From NCBI GenBank assembly GCA_043800255.1, contig JAZDNF010000006.1:32001-96000 (forward strand): a stretch of 64,000 bases of DNA, given 5' to 3'. The notes below the pieces were generated by a model. The model was not told where the DNA came from. It ran no database searches and saw only the letters and a program-made list of their open reading frames with translations. Shown here piece by piece: positions 56,728-64,000 of the stretch. The position numbers and the translations under genes are program-made. This DNA comes from Candidatus Altiarchaeota archaeon. GTDB taxonomy: Archaea > Altiarchaeota > Altiarchaeia > IMC4 > SCGC-AAA252-I15. How positions within the stretch are numbered: the first letter of the stretch is position 1; the number at the start of each line of letters is the position of its first letter.

Positions 56728-58460
56728 CCCAGCTTCCCCTCTATCGTCTTGTCCATCCTTTCGAGCGACTTCCTGAACTCCTCCTCGGGGAGGGTCTTCA
56801 TCCTCGCGATGTCGTCCAACACTTCCATCTCCCTTATGGCTGAAAGCTCGACGCCGCGCTCCAGCGCGCCCATCGACTTCTTGTAGAACTTGAGTATGAT
56901 GTCCAGCATCCTGTACTGCTTGTCCAGGCTGCAGTAGGTGTCAACCTCGTGGTAGGCGTTCTGCTGCAGGAAGTCCTCCCTCAGCATCTTGGCAGCCTCA
57001 AGTATCAGCCTGTCCTTGTCCGGCAGCGCGTCAGGCCCGACCAGCTGGACTATCTCCATCAGCTCCGACTCCTTCTGGAGTATGGCCATCGCCTCACTCC
57101 TCAGCAGAGAATATTCCTCGTAGACGTTCTTCCTGTACCACTGACTGAGGTTGTCATGGTACAGCGAGTAGGATGTCAGCCAGTTAATGGCTGGGAAGTG
57201 CCGCCTGTCAGCCAGTGAGGCGTCCAACGCCCAGAAGACTCTCGCAATCCTCAATGTGTTCTGAGTCACGGGCTCGGAGAAGTCCCCCCCGGGAGGCGAG
57301 ACCGCGCCTATCACAGAGGCTGAGCCTATCTTCTCCTTGCTGCCTAATGTGATGACCCTGCCGGCGCGCTCGTAGAATTCGGCCAGCCGCGCCGCAAGGT
57401 ATGCTGGATACCCTTCCTCGCCAGGCATCTCCTCCAGCCTCCCTGAGATTTCCCTCATAGCCTCAGCCCACCTTGAGGTTGAATCAGCCATCAAAGCTGC
57501 GTCATAGCCCATGTCCCGGTAGTATTCTGCCAACGTTATTCCAGTGTAGACTGAGGCGTCCCTTGCAGCCACAGGCATGTTGGATGTGTTAGCTATCAGG
57601 ACTGTGCGCTCCATCAGCGGTCTGCCGGACTTAGGGTCCTCGAGCACTGGGAACTCCTTCAGCACTTCAGCCATCTCGTTGCCTCTTTCGCCGCAGCCCA
57701 CGTATACTATCACGTTGGCGTCGCACCATTTGGCAAGCGACTGCTGGGTCACGGTCTTCCCGGCGCCGAACGGCCCGGGTATTGCCGCGGTGCCGCCCTT
57801 CGCCATCGGGAAGAACGTGTCTATTATCCTCATCCCGGTTATAAGCGGAGTGTTTGACTCTATCTTGCTCTTGCAGGGTCTGGCCTTCTTCACAGGCCAC
57901 CGTTGCATCATGGTGAGGTCAACGCTTTTCCTGTCCTTGAGGGTGCAGATAGTATCCAGCACGGTGTGCTTGCCCTCCGAGATGCTGTCAACGACGCCCG
58001 AAACCCCGACGGGCACAAGAATCCTGTGCTCTATGACGTTTGTCTCCTGCACTGTCCCGATTATGTCGCCTGACTCTACCCGGTCTCCTTTCTTCACGAC
58101 AGGCTTGAAGTCCCACTTCCTCTTCCGGTCTATGGCAGGCGCGGTCGTGCCTCTCACGATGAAGTCCCCAGTAGCCTCCCGTATAACCTCAAGAGGCCTC
58201 TGTATTCCGTCGTAGATTGATCTGAGTATGCCAGGGCCGAGCTCGACCGAGAGGGGCTGGCCGGTTCCCTTGACAGGTTCGCCCGGAATCAGGCCGGTAG
58301 TCTCCTCGTAAACTTGTATGGATGCGACGTCAGCGTCCAGTTTTATGATCTCCCCTATGAGGTTCTCCTCGCCCACGTGCACGAGCTCGTACATGGAGCT
58401 GCCGCGCATTCCGGAGGCTTCAATCAGCGGCCCCACAATCCTCCTGATTTTTCCGCTCAT
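56724..58460 (-). CDS. atpA: A/V-type ATP synthase subunit A
   Basis: GPFGAGKT (P-loop), [27 protein letters not shown]; no intein. Confidence 0.98.
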   Translation of the reverse strand: MSGKIRRIVGPLIEASGMRGSSMYELVHVGEENLIGEIIKLDADVASIQVYEETTGLIPGEPVKGTGQPLSVELGPGILRSIYDGIQRPLEVIREATGDFIVRGTTAPAIDRKRKWDFKPVVKKGDRVESGDIIGTVQETNVIEHRILVPVGVSGVVDSISEGKHTVLDTICTLKDRKSVDLTMMQRWPVKKARPCKSKIESNTPLITGMRIIDTFFPMAKGGTAAIPGPFGAGKTVTQQSLAKWCDANVIVYVGCGERGNEMAEVLKEFPVLEDPKSGRPLMERTVLIANTSNMPVAARDASVYTGITLAEYYRDMGYDAALMADSTSRWAEAMREISGRLEEMPGEEGYPAYLAARLAEFYERAGRVITLGSKEKIGSASVIGAVSPPGGDFSEPVTQNTLRIARVFWALDASLADRRHFPAINWLTSYSLYHDNLSQWYRKNVYEEYSLLRSEAMAILQKESELMEIVQLVGPDALPDKDRLILEAAKMLREDFLQQNAYHEVDTYCSLDKQYRMLDIILKFYKKSMGALERGVELSAIREMEVLDDIARMKTLPEEEFRKSLERMDKTIEGKLG

Positions 58461-58463
58461 CTG

Positions 58464-59045
58464 TCACATCACCTTATCGAACAGTATCTTATTGACCTGA
58501 GGTCTTAAATCTTTTTTAAGCGACTCGAAGACCGGCTCCAGCGTGTTGTCGACTCTCACAGTCTTGTCGCTGTTTTCAACTATCACTCCGAAGCCTATCT
58601 GCCGTTCAACAATCTTCGCATTCTTGAACCAGGCTTCCAGCTTCTTCCTGTCAATGAGCTTTGAGTATTTTTTGTCAACGTAGACTGTAACGTCATCGCC
58701 GACTTTGCGGCCGCCCTCCGCCAGCCGGTTCAACACCTTAGACTGGGTCTGCCTGTCAGAGGCCAGTATCCTCTTCCCAGCCTCCTCGAAGACCGATTCC
58801 ATTATCTCAGCCTTCCTGTTGGCTTCGACGCCCTTCGCATCGACCTTTGCCTTGCTGACGGTCTGCTTGAGTATAATGTCAGACTCCTGCCCAGCCTTCT
58901 CCAGAATCCTATCGTATGTCGCATCAGCAGCCTCCTCCCAGTTTCTGAGGATTCCGGCAGCCTCCAGCCGGGCTTTCTCCCTGATATCAGCCGCCTCCCT
59001 CTCACCCTGCCGTCTGATGCTCTCAGAAAGCTCCTCGTAGCCCAT
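58464..59045 (-). CDS. atpE: A/V-type ATP synthase subunit E
   Basis: N-terminal coiled coil, GVIVE...RVDNTLE, KILF. Confidence 0.88.
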   Translation of the reverse strand: MGYEELSESIRRQGEREAADIREKARLEAAGILRNWEEAADATYDRILEKAGQESDIILKQTVSKAKVDAKGVEANRKAEIMESVFEEAGKRILASDRQTQSKVLNRLAEGGRKVGDDVTVYVDKKYSKLIDRKKLEAWFKNAKIVERQIGFGVIVENSDKTVRVDNTLEPVFESLKKDLRPQVNKILFDKVM

Positions 59046-59047
59046 AA

Positions 59048-59353
59048 TTATCCTATAAGCTCGTCCAAAACCAGTCTGACCGCCTTGTCGAAGTTCTTCT
59101 TTGACATCAGCTCCAGCTCTTTCGCCCTTATACCGGCTTGGGAGATTATCCGCTCAGACTCGGCCTGTGCCTTTTTACTGGCAGCCTCAATCTGAGAGCT
59201 GGCCTTAGCCTCTGCGTCAGCCTTCTTCCTGCCGACTATTTCATCCCTGGAGGCTCTGGCCTTTTTCACGTCTTTTCCGCCATCTGCCTTAGCTGTCTCC
59301 ACATCCCTGGCAATCCCAGCCTCAATCCCCTTCAGCCGTTTAAGCTCTTCCAT
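59048..59353 (-). CDS. atpH: A/V-type ATP synthase subunit H (G)
   Basis: 101-aa Ala/Lys/Glu coiled coil ending NFDKAVRLV; first gene of the operon. Confidence 0.8.
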   Translation of the reverse strand: MEELKRLKGIEAGIARDVETAKADGGKDVKKARASRDEIVGRKKADAEAKASSQIEAASKKAQAESERIISQAGIRAKELELMSKKNFDKAVRLVLDELIG

Positions 59354-59455
59354 GTCAGAACAGGCTATGAAGTTGATTATGTGATTTGAAAGTAAAAAAA
59401 TACGGTGGAATGCTATTTTAGTGTTTCAGACAATAGTTAAACTTCATAGGACAGA

Positions 59456-61915
59456 ATGACGTCAGCTCATAAACGCGAATATGCGGGCCTTTTTGTGGTA
59501 TCGCTCGCCACTCTCATGTACGAGATACTCCTCACGAGGATTTTCAGCGTCGTAACCTGGTATCATTTCGCGTTCATGGCCGTGTCGATCGCATTGTTTG
59601 GACTTACTGTCGGGGCGATAATAGTCTACCTGTTCCGGAAGAAGTTCACAGAAAAGCTGGCAGTGCAGCGCATGACGCAGGCTTCGCTCCTCTTTTCCAT
59701 AACAGTTGCGGGAACGTTCATAGTATACCTGCTGATGCCGTCCATCTTCCACGAGGCTGACAGGCTATTATACACTCCAACCCTCTTGTGGGCAGGCCAG
59801 CGCCTGCCGGCAGACGTCCTCGAGTTGGCTTACGGCTTCCTGACGGGAGTGCTCCCCAGGATTGTAGAGTACTCCATAATATCAGTGCCGTTCATATTCA
59901 GCGGCATATGCATAACAGTCGCGCTGACAAAGTTCCCGAGGGATATCAGCAGGATGTACGCTTTCAACCTAACTGGGTCAGCTCTGGGATGCATTCTCGT
60001 GATACAGGCTCTCGACCTTTTCGGCGGCCCGACTGCTGTGATAGTGGTCGCAGGGGTTGCTGCAATCGGTTCCGCCTTGTTCTCACCTGAACGCAGAACA
60101 CAGGGAATCCGCCAGACTGCAGTCATCATCGGCATAAGCTTTCTAGCGGTTGCAGGCATGAACGCCCTCTTCATGGAGAGCGGCAAAACTCTTTTCCCGA
60201 TAGTATACGCTAAGGGAGCATACCAGGCTACGCCGTTGTACGAGAAGTGGAACTCGTATTCGAGGATTGCAGTCTACGGAGACCCTGAGAAGCTGACCGT
60301 GCCTTCAGGGTGGGGGCTATCGAGTACTTACAGCCTGAAGGGAAATATAAGACAGCTCGCCCTCAACATTGACGCCTCAGCTCTCACGCCTCTGACAGAG
60401 TTCAACGGCAGCTTTGATAGGCTGGATTATCTGGCCTATGATGTGACTAACATAGCTCACCATATAAGGCGGGACTCTGACGTGCTGGTCATCGGCTCGG
60501 GAGGGGGCCGCGATATTCTCTCGGCGCTCTACTTCAACCAGACGTCTGTGGTGGGCGTGGAAGTCAACGGGGACATAAACGACGTCGTCAACAAAGTCTT
60601 CGGAGACTTCACCGGGCATCTTGACAGGAACCCGAAAGTCTCGTTTGTCGCTGACGAGGCGAGAAGTTACATCACAAGGCAGGACAGCAGGTTCGACATG
60701 ATACAGATATCGTTGATTGATACATGGGCTGCGACCGCTGCCGGAGCCTACGTCCTCGCCGAGAACTCGCTCTACACTGTCGAGGCCTGGACCGTGTTCT
60801 TAGATCATCTCACGGACGGGGGCGTCCTCAGCGTCTCAAGATGGCATATGACAGGCTCTCCGGGCGAGATTTACAGGCTGACGTCGCTTGCGACTAAAAC
60901 GCTGCTGGAGGCTGGCGTCGACAATCCTAGAGCCCACATATTCATCGTTAGGGGAGGCTCTGTCGGCACGATGCTTATGAGCAGGGAGCCGTTCACCCAG
61001 CAGGATATCAATACGTTGGAGGAGACTGCAAAGCGCATGAACTTCGAGGTGCTGTTAAGCCCGAGGCACAGTTCTGACGGCAACTATGCTGCCATCTCAT
61101 CAGGCCGGAATTTCGAACAGTTCGTATCAGACTTTCCCCTGAGGATAGAGGCGCCCACAGACGACAGCCCGTTCTTCTTCAACATGCTCAGGCTGAAGGA
61201 CATCTTCAACAAGCGCCTGCAGGATGAGCAGGGCATCGTCAGCTTCAATATGAAGGCTATATCGATGCTCGGGGCGCTCCTTTTCACAGTGGTCTTCCTG
61301 ACGCTGCTCTGCGTTGTCGTTCCATTATTTGTTTCGAAAGGCAGGAAGCCGGAACGTAATTCTCTGCCATTCTTCATGTTCTTCGCCTTCATAGGTTTGG
61401 GCTACATGCTGGTCGAGATCTCGCAGATGCACAGGCTCATCGTATTCCTCGGGCATCCCACGTACAGCCTCTCGGTGGTGTTGTTCTCTCTTCTTCTTTC
61501 GAGCGGCGCAGGCAGCTACTCGACTGAATGGATTGCAACCAAGAATCGGCGCTCAGCCCTGATGAGGCTGTCTCTGCTGATGTCAGCTCTCATCCTGTTC
61601 GGCCTCCTGACACCGTATGCGATAGGCAGCTTCAGAGCCTCAACCAATCTGGTCAGAATCTCTGTCGCATTGTTGATACTTCTCCCGTTGGGCTTCTTCA
61701 TGGGCATGGCTTTTCCCCTCGGGATGAAGGCAGCATCCTCCAAAGCAGCTCATCTAACCCCCTGGCTGTGGGGCATCAACGGCGCAACCTCAGTCTGCGC
61801 TTCAGTCATCGCCTTCGTCATAGCCTTCGCCTACGGCATATCAACCGCATTCTGGACCGGCCTAGGATGCTACCTCATAGCATTCGCCTCCTATGTTTGG
61901 TTAAACAGGGATTGA
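59456..61915 (+). CDS. membrane-bound spermidine-synthase-like SAM-dependent methyltransferase fusion
   Basis: N- and C-terminal TM blocks; WNSYSRI, VLVIGSGGGRD, VEVN, DEARS, ENSLYTVEA, TDDSPFF, WGINGATSV. Confidence 0.85.
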   Translation: MTSAHKREYAGLFVVSLATLMYEILLTRIFSVVTWYHFAFMAVSIALFGLTVGAIIVYLFRKKFTEKLAVQRMTQASLLFSITVAGTFIVYLLMPSIFHEADRLLYTPTLLWAGQRLPADVLELAYGFLTGVLPRIVEYSIISVPFIFSGICITVALTKFPRDISRMYAFNLTGSALGCILVIQALDLFGGPTAVIVVAGVAAIGSALFSPERRTQGIRQTAVIIGISFLAVAGMNALFMESGKTLFPIVYAKGAYQATPLYEKWNSYSRIAVYGDPEKLTVPSGWGLSSTYSLKGNIRQLALNIDASALTPLTEFNGSFDRLDYLAYDVTNIAHHIRRDSDVLVIGSGGGRDILSALYFNQTSVVGVEVNGDINDVVNKVFGDFTGHLDRNPKVSFVADEARSYITRQDSRFDMIQISLIDTWAATAAGAYVLAENSLYTVEAWTVFLDHLTDGGVLSVSRWHMTGSPGEIYRLTSLATKTLLEAGVDNPRAHIFIVRGGSVGTMLMSREPFTQQDINTLEETAKRMNFEVLLSPRHSSDGNYAAISSGRNFEQFVSDFPLRIEAPTDDSPFFFNMLRLKDIFNKRLQDEQGIVSFNMKAISMLGALLFTVVFLTLLCVVVPLFVSKGRKPERNSLPFFMFFAFIGLGYMLVEISQMHRLIVFLGHPTYSLSVVLFSLLLSSGAGSYSTEWIATKNRRSALMRLSLLMSALILFGLLTPYAIGSFRASTNLVRISVALLILLPLGFFMGMAFPLGMKAASSKAAHLTPWLWGINGATSVCASVIAFVIAFAYGISTAFWTGLGCYLIAFASYVWLNRD

Positions 61916-61918
61916 GAG

Positions 61919-62036
61919 ATGGAAGTTCATGTCGACATTAGCGGACAGATTGAACAGATGAGTAAAGACTCTTGTGTTGGTTTCAGACGCAGTGACGGTA
62001 AAACTCATAGAGAAGAAGATGTTAGAGTTTAAGTAG
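61919..62036 (+). pseudogene. probable internally deleted gene remnant
   Basis: MEVHVDISGQIEQMSKDSCVGFRRSDG... (hhhDxSG start as in DUF3800/RNase H-like proteins) stops after 37 codons; another frame gives a C-terminus-like VKLIEKKMLEFK* ending at 62036. Confidence 0.4.
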
Positions 62037-62116
62037 GGATAGTCCTCATATGAGGCAGACCCGATTACGCTCTGGGGGTAAAAACCTTGTCCACAGCTCC
62101 TCCAGGCTACCCCTAC
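62033..62116 (+). ncRNA. candidate structured RNA
   Basis: Closing stem gtagggatagtc / ggctacccctac (one G-U, one mismatch) enclosing cctc-atat-gagg and a ctgggg/ctccag pairing. Confidence 0.35.
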
Positions 62117-62311
62117 ATAATACTAAGGGGGAGTAGATTATTTAATAATTTCGCTAGTATAGTATAAGACTTCGTTGTAATACTTCTGCCCCCCGCACCG
62201 CCGATTCCTCAATCCCTTACATAGCCCAATCCCGCAAAATATATTTTTTGCGGACAGATGCCGGAGGCGTTAAATAATATTTGATTAGTGAAGAAAGACC
62301 TCTGACGTCAA

Positions 62312-64000
62312 TTATTTAGCTGTTATCCTTCCCCCTTCAATCTCTGTCTTTGTTTCGGGTCTGTAGTAGGAGTATGCCTTACTTGCGGGGATTATCGCTT
62401 TAACAGGGAATCTCGCTTTGACCTGTAAATCAAATTCCAGTTCTTGATCTCGGACTAAGTCATCTACGTAGACTATGATTTTCCGCCCACCGACCTCAAT
62501 TTTTGGTATCAAATCTTCTTCCTCTATGAGTTTGTCTAAACTATCTTGAACGTGGACGAATCCAGTAGGTACTGCAACGTCAACTATCATCATTCCTGAG
62601 GAATTACCTCTTCCAACATATTTCACTTTCACATGGACATTGACTATATCATTAACAATGACATTTTTAGAGTCGTAGTCTACTTCTAGTTCAATCTCTT
62701 TCCTCTCTGTTATGTTAGGCGGAGCTATGTTAAATTTCGTAACCAATTGGTAATTCACATCTCCCTTCCCCTTAAGATATACTCTGATATTTTCTGTAGT
62801 ACTAGGCAGTTCCTGTATCTGGAGGACGTCAAAGTTCTCAGGATTGAGTTCGAAATCGTTAACCTTTTTGCCGTCAGCTGTTAGGGTGACGGTAGCGTCA
62901 ATATTTTTTCTTTGGCCTGACGCTGCTGCCACAAGAGCCTTGAATGCGATGACCGTGTCCTGGGTTGACCTGAATCCGCCCTTCGAATTTCTCTGCGAAA
63001 CAATCCATTTCATGACTTTGTTGGCTTCGGCCCTGTTAGCTTCTATAAGTGATAATGCCGCGTATGCTGTTGTCTCAACACTCTTCCCCGGCGGCGTTGG
63101 AGGTGGGAGCATTATACGTCCATATTGTTGTCTTAGGATTATAGGATCCTCACCCCAGTACATTCCATTGTCGTCTTCTTTGGCCAAATCGAGAAGGGCT
63201 ACTATCGCCTCATCTGCCTTATCACTTTCAAGCTTCTGAAGTGTTAGAGAACCTATAGCCAGCGAGTAGGCGTCATCTTCCACTGAATCGAGATTGTCTT
63301 CGAGATATTTTTTGGCTTTATTCATCACATCAGCATTAGCGTTTCCATACTCGTCCAAACCCAATACGATGTAAGCTGTGAGCGAGTAGGTTCCACTTAA
63401 ACTGCCTGACATCTCCTTGTGGACGAGGAAACCAACATGATCCCATGAACCATCCTTCTTTTGGTGACCCTGTATCCAAGCTGCGGCAGTGGACAAAATG
63501 TTATCGTCGATTTCTATCAGGTCTCTCGCGCTTGCAAACTCCCATAAAACAAAGTTCGTAAGCCACAGACTTCCTGATTCGTCTCTCTCTCCGAACGCAG
63601 AGTATGAGCCATCACCATGCCTATAAGTTAATTCTCTCTGATAACCCGTCTGCATGAACACTTCTACCTTAGCCTGCACTTCAGGATTAACCTGTTTTGT
63701 TGCCTCAAGGTATCTCATAACCTCAACATCAGGGGCGAACAACATCATATTCTGCTCTCCACATCCCATAGGCATCGCAAGTAAATCATCAACACCATTG
63801 ATTGACTGAGCGACGATACTCGGCGTGAGACTGAAAAGTAATTTACCAGAGTCTTGGATAATAGCATCCGGTAGCTGAGCGTCAATAGTGACATCTTTAT
63901 CTGCCTTGAGTATGCCGTTCTCAACAAATTCCCTCTGAACCCCCTCAGGCTCTACAATAATCTCTCTCTTTACTGCGTCAGCACGTTTGGTAGTCCTCGC
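62312..64000 (-). CDS. alpha-2-macroglobulin/thioester-containing protein, C-terminal half (5' end beyond window)
   Basis: Frame stays open to base 64000 (…IIVEPEGVQRE…); MPMGCGEQNM thioester, GYQRELTYRH.DGSYSAFG, VETTAYA, GGFRSTQDT, SGMMIVDVAVPTGF. Confidence 0.93.
   Translation of the reverse strand, partial: ARTTKRADAVKREIIVEPEGVQREFVENGILKADKDVTIDAQLPDAIIQDSGKLLFSLTPSIVAQSINGVDDLLAMPMGCGEQNMMLFAPDVEVMRYLEATKQVNPEVQAKVEVFMQTGYQRELTYRHGDGSYSAFGERDESGSLWLTNFVLWEFASARDLIEIDDNILSTAAAWIQGHQKKDGSWDHVGFLVHKEMSGSLSGTYSLTAYIVLGLDEYGNANADVMNKAKKYLEDNLDSVEDDAYSLAIGSLTLQKLESDKADEAIVALLDLAKEDDNGMYWGEDPIILRQQYGRIMLPPPTPPGKSVETTAYAALSLIEANRAEANKVMKWIVSQRNSKGGFRSTQDTVIAFKALVAAASGQRKNIDATVTLTADGKKVNDFELNPENFDVLQIQELPSTTENIRVYLKGKGDVNYQLVTKFNIAPPNITERKEIELEVDYDSKNVIVNDIVNVHVKVKYVGRGNSSGMMIVDVAVPTGFVHVQDSLDKLIEEEDLIPKIEVGGRKIIVYVDDLVRDQELEFDLQVKARFPVKAIIPASKAYSYYRPETKTEIEGGRITAK

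Noticed and set aside
56724-58460. Intein in ATPase subunit A (a common insertion site)
   Set aside because: Normal length with a continuous [10 protein letters not shown]-loop; no intein motifs.
62186-62199. ctgccccccgcacc resembling a tRNA 3' end (att remnant)
   Set aside because: Only 14 nt, no T-loop, no matching intact tRNA in the window, and its orientation does not fit an island lying to the right.

Overview
Archaeal chromosomal window, shown by L7Ae-S28e-L24e-ndk-S19e, archaeal GluRS, TBP and an A-type ATP synthase. A DPANN-related lineage such as Ca. Altiarchaeota is only my guess. Many genes appear leaderless or are separated by 0-1 nt. Bases 1-~9,700 form an AT-richer defence-like island: a Bro-N protein (missed by the ORF track), a REase-like ORF, a HEPN-motif protein overlapping a Type IIG R-M enzyme, a solo Cas4/RecB-like Fe-S nuclease, and a four-gene block bracketed by imperfect direct repeats and hairpins. 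That block holds an overlapping MmcB/sce7726-like nuclease plus TGT-like Zn-binding TIM-barrel pair, and a divergent Panacea-like/PIN toxin-antitoxin pair. The nuclease plus TGT-like pair is my best candidate for an undescribed system. The core region carries housekeeping genes, large Cys-rich surface proteins and a GILT-like multi-thioredoxin. It also has scattered divergent proteins with charged N-terminal extensions: a sensor-less His kinase, a receiver protein, an HD-GYP protein, a nuclease-less Hef helicase and a degenerate PGK. The ATP synthase cluster is rearranged and contains an unknown 96-aa gene and an AtpZ/UncI-like gene. The window ends with a gene remnant, a candidate structured RNA, and the C-terminal half of an AT-rich alpha-2-macroglobulin with a GCGEQ thioester motif. 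I found no tRNA, rRNA or CRISPR array. All family calls come from reading motifs by eye; no searches were run.
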